Shown: in pieces, positions 53,208 to 64,000 of the stretch | How positions within the stretch are numbered: position 1 is the first letter of the stretch | How the letters are laid out: each line of letters starts with the position of its first letter | Assembly (NCBI RefSeq): GCF_009914755.1 | Contig: NC_060926.1 | DNA from: the human T2T-CHM13v2.0 reference genome, Homo sapiens | DNA: 64,000 bases | Strand: one strand, 5' to 3' | Position numbers and translations under genes: made by a program | The notes under the pieces: model-generated | Seen by the model: the letters and a program-made list of their open reading frames with translations, nothing else | Databases searched by the model: none | Told to the model about the DNA's origin: nothing

Positions 53208-55829
53208 AGAGTATAAATGAAGAGGTAACTGGGGACTGAGGGTTATGGAGGTGCTACATAATGAACCATGTTCCAGAAAAACTTGTCAGATATCAATAAT
53301 GTTAACATGATGGGAGTTTCAGAAAAAAAGTTTTATCATGTGCTCTGATGTGGTTCTCTAAAGCTGGCTTGGATGAGGAGACACTGTCAATAATTTTGGG
53401 CAAATGATGTTGAATCCTGTATAAGGGAGTGAAATATGGCTCCAGGTGCTAGGGATATCATGAGGAAGTTATTACTGCTTGATGCTAAAGTACTCTGCAT
53501 TGAAATAAATTAGATAACAACTTAAAAAATTATGGATACCCTTGTTATAAATTCATTTGTCTACAAAACACTAAAACACCCATATGAAAATAAAAAAATA
53601 GCCAACCTTTCTAAAACTATATCAGTTTTTCTTACCTGGTGTTGAGAACTGTCATTTTTGTTTTTCTTATTTGAGTTGAACTGGTTAGCTTAAAATTACT
53701 TTCATAAGCTTCAATATCAGCCTTGGTGACAGAGGACTTTTACTGGCCAAATCAAGGACTATTTTGAATTTTTTTATATATGCTATGGGGACATTTGAAA
53801 ACCTGAAATATTTTTCAAAATTAATTAAATGATAATAGAACAACTGTTATGGCATTTTAAATTTATGCTCTGAGACCTAAGTAGAATATTATGGAAGTAA
53901 AATATCATTCCCATTCATTACCAATGTCTTCATGAAATGAAATTCCAAATGCTTCACTGGTCACTATTTCCCATCTAAATGAGGAGATATATCTTCAGAC
54001 AATGGATTCTTGGCATTTTGAATCTATCTTTATTTTGAAATTAGGGAAAATTTACTAAAGGCCTAGTAAAGTTCTTTTATGAATCTCGTTCTGTCTTAAG
54101 TAAGATCAAGTTGTTTAACTTATAACTTTGAATCACGTTCTGTGGCAGTATCCTTAACTAATGTCACAGGGAATCTTATTGGAAGATACGAGGTAATAAA
54201 ATGTCTTACCATCAAAACAGAAGGGCTGATATGTAGAAAATATAATCTCTACTTCCCTTATGTACTGCGAATCTTATTTTCCTTAAATGAAGAAGCATTT
54301 TTTTTCTATTTCTTTAGGAAATGCTGTCACAATAATGTGTTTTTCAGAATGAGATATATAAAATAGATATAATATATGCTTATGTTTGTGTGTATGTGCA
54401 TGTGTGTGTTTATAGAAGACTGCACCATCGAAAATATTTTAGCAGATAAAACATTCTGTTTTGTGGGAAATGGAGGAATATGAGAGGAGTGGAAAGCAAA
54501 TATGAAATGGGCATATAGAACAAGGAGGTTGCACTGAAAAATATACTATTTCTAACACAAACACACATCTTCAGAAGTGGTAATTAACATTTGGTAATAT
54601 TACATTCAATTTTATAGTCCTTCAAATAGCAATTTTAAATATACTTATTTATTTTCTTATTAATCCCCTGACAGATAGCAAGTAAGATAACATTTATCCT
54701 AGCCTCATTACTCAGTGCACATTATGGCCAGGCCACCCAAACCGGAATGCATTTGAACTACAGAAGAAAACCTAATCTTTTTCTTCCAATTATGAACAAT
54801 AACTCATTAAGGGTAACTGAGAAATGAGTTAGTCACATGACTTACATATGATAGAACTAAGTATTATCAGTTTGATTAGATTTTATTGACAAAATATCAG
54901 ATTGACTGCACTTTTAATCCCATTTCCTTATCCTTTTGTGCATCAAATTTATTAAATCTTTTTTTTAAAATTATTCTCTCAACACTTGTGAAGGCATATG
55001 CTTCTAAACCAGTTGGTCTGTAACATTGACTTTTCTTCCTTATGTCTCTGGTCTTTGTGCCTGGCCCTTTTTTGCACTTCCCTGAAGACCTCATCCACAT
55101 AGCTTTAATTAGTATGTCCGTGCTAGTGTATTCTACGAATTATATCTTAGATACATCTCTAGAGCCACATTTCCAGGTATGTGGCAGATATAGTAACCTG
55201 GTTTCTCACAGGAAATGGAAATTCAGTGGGTTCAAACTAAATTCATAATTTTTCCTCAAGGCATCTTCCTTGTGTGCTATTCTTGGTTAATGGCATTACC
55301 ATCTATTAAATGTATTAATTCTATAAATATGTAGTGAATATTATGAACTGGCATTATCTCAATGCACTTATAGTGAATAGGTATTTCAACCAGAGACAGT
55401 TTTTACCTAATATAGCTTAAGCTAGGTCATGCCTTCCTTGTAGAGGCCTTTTATGAAACTCAGAAAGTTCTTCTCCAAGTTAAATGTTGGGGAGGAAGCC
55501 ACAACTCCAACAGAGTCAATGCCTCTGCCTAGAGGTTACCCTCCATGGCTTGGATGGTGGTGGTCCTGGGGTTGCCAGCAGTGCCTCCAGCTCCCAAATT
55601 CATTGTCCACTTGCCTACTTGACCCTGTCACTGACCTAATAAAATTAGAGCCCAAAGAGATGCTGCTGCTTCATATCCTGTCCATGACTATGCCCTGGGC
55701 TTCATGACTATCTGATCCTCCGAGGGCTGACTTGTGGTTTAGGGTATAGAAGTGGGCATAAAGCAAGGAACTGGCCCAGCTGGACCAAATGCTGCTGCCA
55801 CAAGCCAGCCATAAAGGGCCACACTGAGA

Positions 55830-56272
55830 GTGAAAGAGGGACTGAGGTTGGATGGTTTTCCAGGAGCAAGAAACCGGAGGATATTCCAGGTACAACATTG
55901 TCAATTGCTCGTAGTAAAAATTATGAAAAAGTTTCAAATAATTGACAATAATCAAAATAGTTTTGGTTGATGATGCTGATTTCTCATTTCCTGTTTGTTT
56001 TTTAGAAGATAATATAAGAAAATCTTTGTGACATGAAGAGGCAGTATGTATGAAGTCACAAAAATAAAAGAGTATATCACCCAGTTTGTGAATAATAATA
56101 TATTTCCTGAACTTTGATGTTTATGGTATTCTTCAGCTTTTAAAAACTGGTGATTTATTGTAATTCTTTTACATATTCTAAATAAATATTCACTTATATA
56201 ATTAATTTTGTAATTTTTCTTATAGAGCCCTTCCCTCAGGTTAATGTTCAAACCCCACAAACCTTGGATCTG
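55830..56272 (-). mobile_element. hAT-Tip100 (Zaphod/MER115-like) fragment
   Basis: attctaaataaatattcactt...ccccacaaaccttggatctgc terminus. Confidence 0.5.
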
Positions 56273-56745
56273 CTGAGTCAAAAAGGGACCAACTTTATCA
56301 ACACTAGAATCAGCATTAGTGATGACAGCGGTGGCAGTAGTATCAAGACCAGGAAAATAAATGGGTTCTTACTAAACATGACTATTCTATCCTATTCCAG
56401 GTCCCAAAGGGTCTCATTACAGTTTATTGACTCTTTTTCTTTCTGTATCATCAAGAATTTTCTCTTCATCCTGCCTTCCTTGTGTGACAAAAGCATGCAT
56501 TGTTCTCTCACATATGGGTAAAAAAAAAAATGAACTTGGAAAAATTAAAACCTACTTCCTCTGCTTTGCTGTTCTTCTTTGTTTCTTTTTCACTTTCAAA
56601 TATCAGGAAGAATGATTTACAGCAAGACAATTTGCTCATTCACTCATGCCCTGTGAAATCTCTTCTATAAGATGTTTCTTCCTTTCCTTTCTCTCTCTCT
56701 CCCTTCCTTCCTTCCTTTCTTCCTCCTTCCCTCCTCCCACGCCTT

Positions 56746-57029
56746 GGAGTCTCACTCTGTCTCTCAAGTTGAAGTTGGAGTGCAGTGGCAGGATCTTGGC
56801 TAGCTGCAACCTCTGCCTCCTGGGCTCAAGCGATTCTCCTGCCTCAGTCTCCTGAGTAGCTGGGATTACAGGTGTGTGCCACCATGCTCAGCTAATTTTT
56901 TTGTATTTTAGAAGAGACAGGGCTTCACCATGTTGCCCAGGGTGGTTTCGAAGTCTTGAGCTCAGGCAATCAGCCTGCCTCAGCCTCCCAAAGTATTGGG
57001 ATTACAGACGTGAGCCATCATGCCTGGCC
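56746..57029 (-). mobile_element. Alu (AluSz6/Jb-like), flanked by CT-rich tracts
   Basis: tgagctcaggcaatc; dimer structure. Confidence 0.9.
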
Positions 57030-58359
57030 TCCTCATCTCTTCCCCTTTCTCTCCCCTTCTCCCTTGTCTCTTCCCTTCCTCTCCTCCCCTCCCCTCCCCT
57101 ACATTGTATTTTTTATCTTGAAAGCCTCCAATGACAATCTGATTTCAAAATCCTCTGCACTTTATTTTTATACTTTGCTAATCCTATTTTTGTTTTATAA
57201 GTTCTTTTCTTCTTGAAATGTTTTCCCACATCCTCTGCTTCTATGCTTGCTTCATTACTTTGCAAGGAACTCTTTAACTTCCTTTTTGATTACTTTTATT
57301 TCTCCCATCCTTACTCGCGAGAATCATGTAAAACCCTTGGCCTTCTTCTTATTTTTGGAAGAACTCATTCTTTCTCATGTCTTTAGCCACAGCCTTATGC
57401 TTTTGATTCTATAGCCCTTTGGCAATTCACATCTACTGTCTTCACTCTACATTTGTTCTTCCTTCCATCTTAAATCTCTTTGGTTTATATAAATCAGGTG
57501 AAATCATATTGTGGCTGAGTAAATTGAGAAGCTATACATTTTACTTAAGTATTGAAATTTGAGAGAAGTTTGCCTCTACTGTGGCTAGTACTATAGTAAT
57601 TTTTTTCAAAAACTCATGCAAATTATTATTTCTCCTCGAATCTTCGTATGCAAAATGAAGAAAAACTTGGGGTATTGAAAGTGTCACATATGAAAATGCA
57701 CACAGGAGTGCAGCATTCAGCAATGGTGTTCAGGAAGCCACCTCAGCCTGTGCAAATAGTATCCATGACATTGGCCTTTCTAGCAGAGAGCACAGTGACA
57801 ACCCCTTTTCAGAGAAAGCATCTGTGCTTAGTGGAGAAGTTATGTTGCTGAGTGGAGCAGTTTGAAAGCTGCGGGAGGTAATTTGTTATTGGAGACCAAC
57901 GAACTTATTTTCTTCCATGATTCTAGGACCTAATCGTACTCAGAAGAAAGAATCTTTGAAATTAAGATGTCATTAGTGAATGATGTGGAAAGAGTCTGGG
58001 TTCTCTGTGCAGCATCCAAAAATCAGATATCATTTAGAAGTTGACTTATAATATTTTCAGATAATCAGCTATATACTGCATATTGTTCAGATAATTTTCA
58101 GATAGTTATTCAGATGATAATTTTTCAAGTAATTGCTTGAATACTTTTCTTTTTGGATATATTTCTGTTATTTAAAAACTTTGCATATCCTATAATGTAT
58201 AATATATATTTATATATATGTATATCAATATATACTTATATAATGATACCTGTGTAAGTTATATAGAAGTATATATAATATATAATATGGTATAATATAT
58301 ATTTTGACTTATCTCTAGGAGTTGAAATTGTCCTGGAGAGCAAGGAATTTATTTATTTA

Positions 58360-59330
58360 TTTTAAATTATTTTACAGCCTTTTAATGGTATAATTGATAT
58401 ACAATAAAGTACACACTTAATAAGTTTTGACACATATGTGTTTGCATCTATCTAGCCATCTAGGTATGTATGTTAATATTATCACCACCATCAATATAAT
58501 GAACATAACAATCACCCCAAAAGTTCTTCATGCCCCCATTTTAATCCACCTCTTTCAAATCTTCCTGGTTGCTCCCTCTCCCTTCCCCAGGCACCATTGA
58601 GATTAGTTTATATTTCCTAAAATTTTATATAAACAAAATCATATAGATGTAATCTTTTTGTCTGACTTCTTTCATACAGCATTATTTTGAGGTTAACTTA
58701 TTGCAACGATTAGGGTAGTGTATTTATTTAAACTGCTGAATAATATTCCATTGCACAAATATAACACAGTTTGTTTTCCCATGAACGTTTGAGTTGTTTC
58801 CTGTTTGGGGCTATTTAAAATAAGGTTACTTTGAACATCTGTGGATAGGTTTTTAACGACAAATATTCTATCCTCAATTTTCTGAAAGACCTTTCATATA
58901 ATTGGTATCCTTTCCATAAATATAGAGTAGAATTTCCCAATAAGGCCATCCTGGCCTGAGTTTTCTTTGCAGGGAGGCTTTTAACTAAAATTTTACTTTT
59001 ATCATAGAATATAGGGTCACAAAATTGATCTTTTTCATTTTGAGTGAGTTTGGTACTTTATGTCTATCACAATACCTATTTTCTACTACAATAATGTTCT
59101 GTATTCTGAAATCTACTTTGTGCAATATTAGTATAGTCACTTCAATTTTCTTTGAATTAGCACTATCTTTGTATATCCTTTTCCAGAATTTTTACTTTAA
59201 GCTATTTGTGTCTTTGTAATGAGAGTGGATTTCTCATAGTAAGTATATAATTGAATTGTGCTTCAGTACTCAGACAATCTATTTTAATTGGGGTGTTTAG
59301 ATCATTTTGATTTTACCTGATTATTGATAT
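58360..59330 (-). mobile_element. Old L1M (MC/MD-type) fragments
   Basis: ggtataattgatatacaataaa...aatcaccccaaaagttcttcatgccc...gctgaataatattccattg. Confidence 0.6.
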
Positions 59331-59331
59331 A

Positions 59332-60082
59332 TAGTAATGTGCTGCACAATAATATTTTAGTCAATGACAGATCCCGCATATACGACAGTGGCCCCATAAG
59401 ATTATAATGGAGCTGAAAAATTCCTACTGCCTGGTGACTCTGTAGCCCCTAATGTTCTAGTGCAATGCATTGTGGTGACGCCAGTATAAACAGACCTACT
59501 GTGCTGTCACTCTTATAAAAGTGTAGTACATAAAATTATGTAATGTACATGATACTTGATAATGATAAATGACTATGTTACTGGTCTATACTATACTATA
59601 CTATACTTTTTATTGTAACTTTAGAGTGTACTCCTGTACTTACAAAAAAAAAAAAGTTAACTGCCTCAGGCAGTTAGTTCCTTCAGGACGTATTCCAGAA
59701 GATGGCATTGTTATCATAGGAGATCACAGTTACATGTGTGTTATCGTCCCTGAGGATCTTCTAGTGGAACAAGATGAATACGTGAAAGACAGTGATATTA
59801 GTTATTCTTAACCTGTGTTGGCCTAGGCTAATATAAATGTTTCTGTCTTAGCTTTTAACAAAAAAGTTTAGAAAGTAAAAAAATAATTTAAAAATATTAA
59901 AATAGAAAAAAAATGATAGAATAAGAATATAGAGAGTATTTTTGTTTATCTGTACAATGTGTATTTTAAGCTAAGTATTGTTTAAAAAGAGTCAAAAAGT
60001 TAAAAAAATTAAAAAGTTTATAAAGAAAAACAGTTACAGTAAGCTAAGGTTAATTTATTATTGAAGAAAGAAAAATATTTTT
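59332..60082. mobile_element. Tigger3 (Tigger3b-like) DNA transposon, truncated by L1
   Basis: cgcatatacgacagtggccccataagattataatggagctgaaaaattcc...tccttcaggacgtattccagaaga. Confidence 0.82.
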
Positions 60083-63000
60083 TATTTTTTAGTTTTGTGC
60101 TTTCCAGCTTTTAGTTTAGGTTCAGGGGTACATGTGCAGGTTTGTTTCATGAGTAAATTGGATACTCATGGAGTACATTGTACAAATTATTTAGTCAACC
60201 AGGTAGTAAGCATAGTACCTGATAGGTATTTTTTGGATCCTAACCCTCCTTAGGCCGTCTATCTTCAAGTAGACCCTGGTGTCTATTCTTTCCCTCTTTT
60301 TGTGCATGTGAATTCAAAGTTTAACTGCCATTTATAAGTGAGAATAAGGGGTATTTGGTTTTCTGTTTCTGCGTCAATTTGCTTAGCGTAATGGCCTCCA
60401 GTTCCATCCATGTTCCTGCAAAGGAAATGATTTTGATCTCTTTTATGGCTGTATAGTATTGCTTGGTATATATATACCATATTTGCTTTATCTACTCCAC
60501 CACTGTTGTGCACCTAGGTTGACTGCATGTCTTTGCTATTGTGAATAGTGCTGCAATGAACATATCAGTGCATGTGTCTTTATGGTGGAATGATGTGTAT
60601 TACTTTGGATATATACCCAATAATGGCATTGCTGAGTCAAATGGTATCTTTGTTTCAAGTTCTTAGAGAAATCAAACTACTTCCACCATGGCTGAACTAA
60701 TTTACACTCCCACAAGCAGGGTATGAGCATTCCCTTTTCTCTGCAATCTTGCAAGCATTTGTTATTTTTTGATATTTTAATAGTAGCTACTCTTATTGCT
60801 GTGAGATGATACCTTGTGGTGGTTTTGATTTGCATTTCTCTAATGATTTGGGAGGTTGAGCATTTTTTCTTGTTTATTGGCAACTTGTATGCTTCTTTTG
60901 ATAAGTGTCTGTTCATGTCCTTTGCCCATTTTTTAAATGGGGATATTCGTTTTTGTGTTTGTTGATTTCTTTAAGCTCCTTATAGATTTTTGATATACAT
61001 TTGATGAATGTATAGTTTGTAAATATTTGTTGTAATTCTGTAGATTGCCTGTTTACTCTGTTGATAGTTTCTTTTGCTGTGTGGAAAGCTCTTTAGTTTA
61101 ATTAGTTCCCAGTTGTAAATTTTTGTTTTTGTTGCTTTTGGAGTCTTCATCATAAAATCTTTGCTAGGGCCTGTGTTCAGAATGGTATTTTCTAGCTTTT
61201 ATTCTGGGGTTTTTATAGTTTTAGCTTTTACATTTAAGTCTTTAATTTATCTTGAGTTGATTTTTGTGTATGATGTAAGGAAAGAGTCCAGTTTCAATTT
61301 TCAGTATATGGCTAGCTAGGTATCCCAGCACCATTCATTGAATAGGGAGTCCTTTCTCCATTGTTTGTTATTGTTGACCCTGTCAAACTTCAAATGGTTA
61401 TAGGTATGTGGCTTTATTTCTGATTCTCTAACCTATTTCATTGGTCTATATGTCTATTTTTATACCAGTACCATGTTGTTTTGTTTACCGTATCCTTGCA
61501 GTGTAGCTTGAAGTCAGATGGTGTGATGTCTCTAGTTTTGCTCTTTCTGCTTAGGATTTCTTTCGCTATTCAGGCACTTTTTGGGTTCCTTTTGAATTTT
61601 AGAAGTTTTTTTCTAATTCTCTGACAAATGTCATTGGTAGTTTTATAGGAATAGTATTGAATCTGTAATTTACTTTTGACAGTATAGCCATTTTAACAAT
61701 ATTGATTCTTCCTATGCATGAGCATGGAATGTTTTTCCATTATTTAATGCCATCTCTGATTTTTTTGAGCAGTGTTTTGTAATTCTCACTATAGATGTCT
61801 TTCACCTTCCTGACTAGCATATTTGTAGGTATTTTATTCTTGTTATGTCTATTGTGAATGGGATTGTGCTCTTGATTTGACTCTCACCTTGGATGTTATT
61901 GCTGTACAGAAATGCTATTGGTTTCTGTATATTGATTTTTTATCCTGAAACTTTGTTGAAGTTGTTCATCAGATCTAGGCATCTTTGAGCAAGGACTATG
62001 GGATTTTCTCAGTATAGAATCACATTGTCAGTAAGGAGAGACAGTTTGAATTCCTCTTTTCCTATTTGGATTCTCCGTATTTCTTTCTTTTGCCTGATTG
62101 CTGTGGCTGGGACTTCCAGAACTATGTTGAAAAGGAGTCAAGAGAGTGAGCATCCTTGTCTTGTTTCAATTCTCAAGGGGAATGCGTCTAGCTTTTACCT
62201 GTTCAGTATGACATTGGCTGTGGGTTTATCATAGATGGCTCTTATTATTCTGAGGTATGTTCCTCTGATACCTACTTTGTTGAGGGTTTTTAACATGAAG
62301 AGATATTGAATTTTATCAAAAGCACTTGTGAATCTAGTGAGATGACTTTGTGTGGTTTTTGTTTTTGGTTGTGTTTATGCAATGACTTACATTTATTAAT
62401 TTATGTAAGTCAACCAACCTTGCATCCCAGGAATAAAGCCTACTTGATCATGGTGGATTTGCTTTTTGTTGTGCTGCTGGATTTGGTTTAGTAGTATTTC
62501 ACTGAGGATTTTTGCATCTATGTTCATCAGGGATATTGGCCTGATGTTTTCTTTTTTTGTTTTTTCTCTGCCAGGTTTTGGTGTCAGAATGATACTGGCT
62601 TCATAAAATGAGTTATGGAGGAGTTTCTTCTCAATATTTTGGAATAGTTTCAGTATGGTTAGTACTATCTCTTCTTTATACAGCTGGGAGATTTTGGCTG
62701 TGAATTCTGTCTGGGCTAGGGCTTTTTATGCTTGGTAGGTTTTGTTTACTGATTCAATTTCAGAACTCATTATTGGTCTGTTCATGGTTTCAATTTCTTC
62801 CTGGTTCAGTCTTGGGAGATTGTATCTTTCTAGGAATTCATCCATTTCTTCTAGGTTTTCTAATTTGTGTTCATAGGGATATTTGTAATATCTTTGGTTT
62901 CTCTATTTCTATGGGGTGTAGTAATGTCCCCTTGTCATTTCTGATTATGTTTATTTGGATCTTTCTCTTTTTTCTCTTTATTAGTCTAGCTAGTGGTCTA

Positions 63001-64000
63001 TCAATCTGTTTTTCAAAGAACCAACTTTTGCTGTCATCGATCTTTTGTATGGCTTTTTATGTTTCATGTTTGTTCAGTTCAGCTCTGTTTTTATTTCTTT
63101 CCTTCTGCTAGTGTTGTGATTGGTTTTCTCTTGTTTTTCCAGTTCATCTAGGTGTGATTAAGTTGATAATTTAGGACTCTTTGTAACTTTTTGATGTGAA
63201 TGTTTAGTGCTATAAACTTTCCACTTCACACTGATTTTACTGTGTCCCAGAAATTCTGACATGTTGTATTTTTGTTTTCAGTAAATTTCAAAGAATTTCT
63301 TGATTTCTGCCTTAATTTCATTGTTTACTTAAAAGCTGTTTAGGAGCAGTCTGTTTAATTTTCATCTACTTGTATGGTTTTGAGAGATGTTTTCGGTATT
63401 GATTTCTATTTTTATTGTGCTGTTGAGAGTGTGGATGGCATGATTCTTCTGTTTGTTTGTTTGTTTATTTATTTATTTATTTATGTATTTATTTATTTTT
63501 TAAAGACAGAATTTGCCTCTGTAGCCCAGACTGGTGTGCAGCGGCATGATCATGGTACACAGCAGACTCAAACTCCTAGTCTCTAGTAATCCTTCCATCT
63601 CAGCTTCCTTAGTATGTGGGAGTACAGGCACATGCTGCATACAGTGCTCATTTTTTAAATATTTGTAAAGACAGGATCTCACACTGTTATCCAGTCTGGA
63701 CTTCAACTCCTGGCCTCAAGCACCCCTCCTGCCTTGGCTTCCTAATGTGCAGGGATTACAGGGATGAGCTACAACACCCCGCTGATATTGGTTTTTAAAA
63801 ATTTGTTGAGAATTTCTTTATGGCTGAGCACGTGGTCGATTTTAGAATATGTGCCATGTGGAGACATTAAAAATGTACATTTTTTTGTCATTGGGTAGAA
63901 TATCCCCTAGATGTCTGTTTGGTCCATTTGGTCAAGTGTTGAGTTTAGGTCTTGAATGTTTAGGTCTTTGTTAGTGTTCTGCTTCAGCGATCTGTCTAAT
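60083..64000 (-). mobile_element. L1PA15/16-type element (3' end and ORF2; continues beyond the window)
   Basis: ttcaggggtacatgtgcaggtttg...gtaagcatagtacctgataggta; continuous antisense ORF2. Confidence 0.88.
63450..63782 (-). mobile_element. AluJ (Jo/Jr-like) inserted in the L1
   Basis: Diverged dimer, gatcatgg..cac.gcag.ctcaaactcct; (TTTA)n tail. Confidence 0.85.

Overview
AT-rich, repeat-dense primate genomic DNA, almost certainly human because it carries a human-specific AluYb8. It looks intergenic or deep intronic: I find no supportable host protein-coding exon, RNA gene or CpG island. The long ORFs in the track are decayed L1 ORF1/ORF2 pieces or repeat read-throughs. Contents: a near-full-length L1PA7/8 (21.1-27.7 kb, dead, with an AluY in ORF1); several truncated or inverted L1s; ten Alus; many solo LTRs (MLT1, THE1, MSTA, LTR33, an ERV1 MER90/92-like LTR, and LTR10A with its AP-1 repeat); DNA transposon relics; L2/MIR/L3 fragments. 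The main discovery is in the apparently unique 13.7-16.7 kb stretch. Hand translation across stops and frameshifts gives collinear, same-strand remnants of a chromoviral (sushi-like) Ty3/Gypsy pol: PR-RT linker, RT, RNase H start, integrase DDE core, GPY/F module and a C-terminal chromodomain. It is interrupted by a MIR and a THE1 LTR, so it is a very old fossil of the lineage that gave mammals PEG10/RTL1. Subfamily names and protein consensus motifs are recalled from memory, not obtained from a database search.
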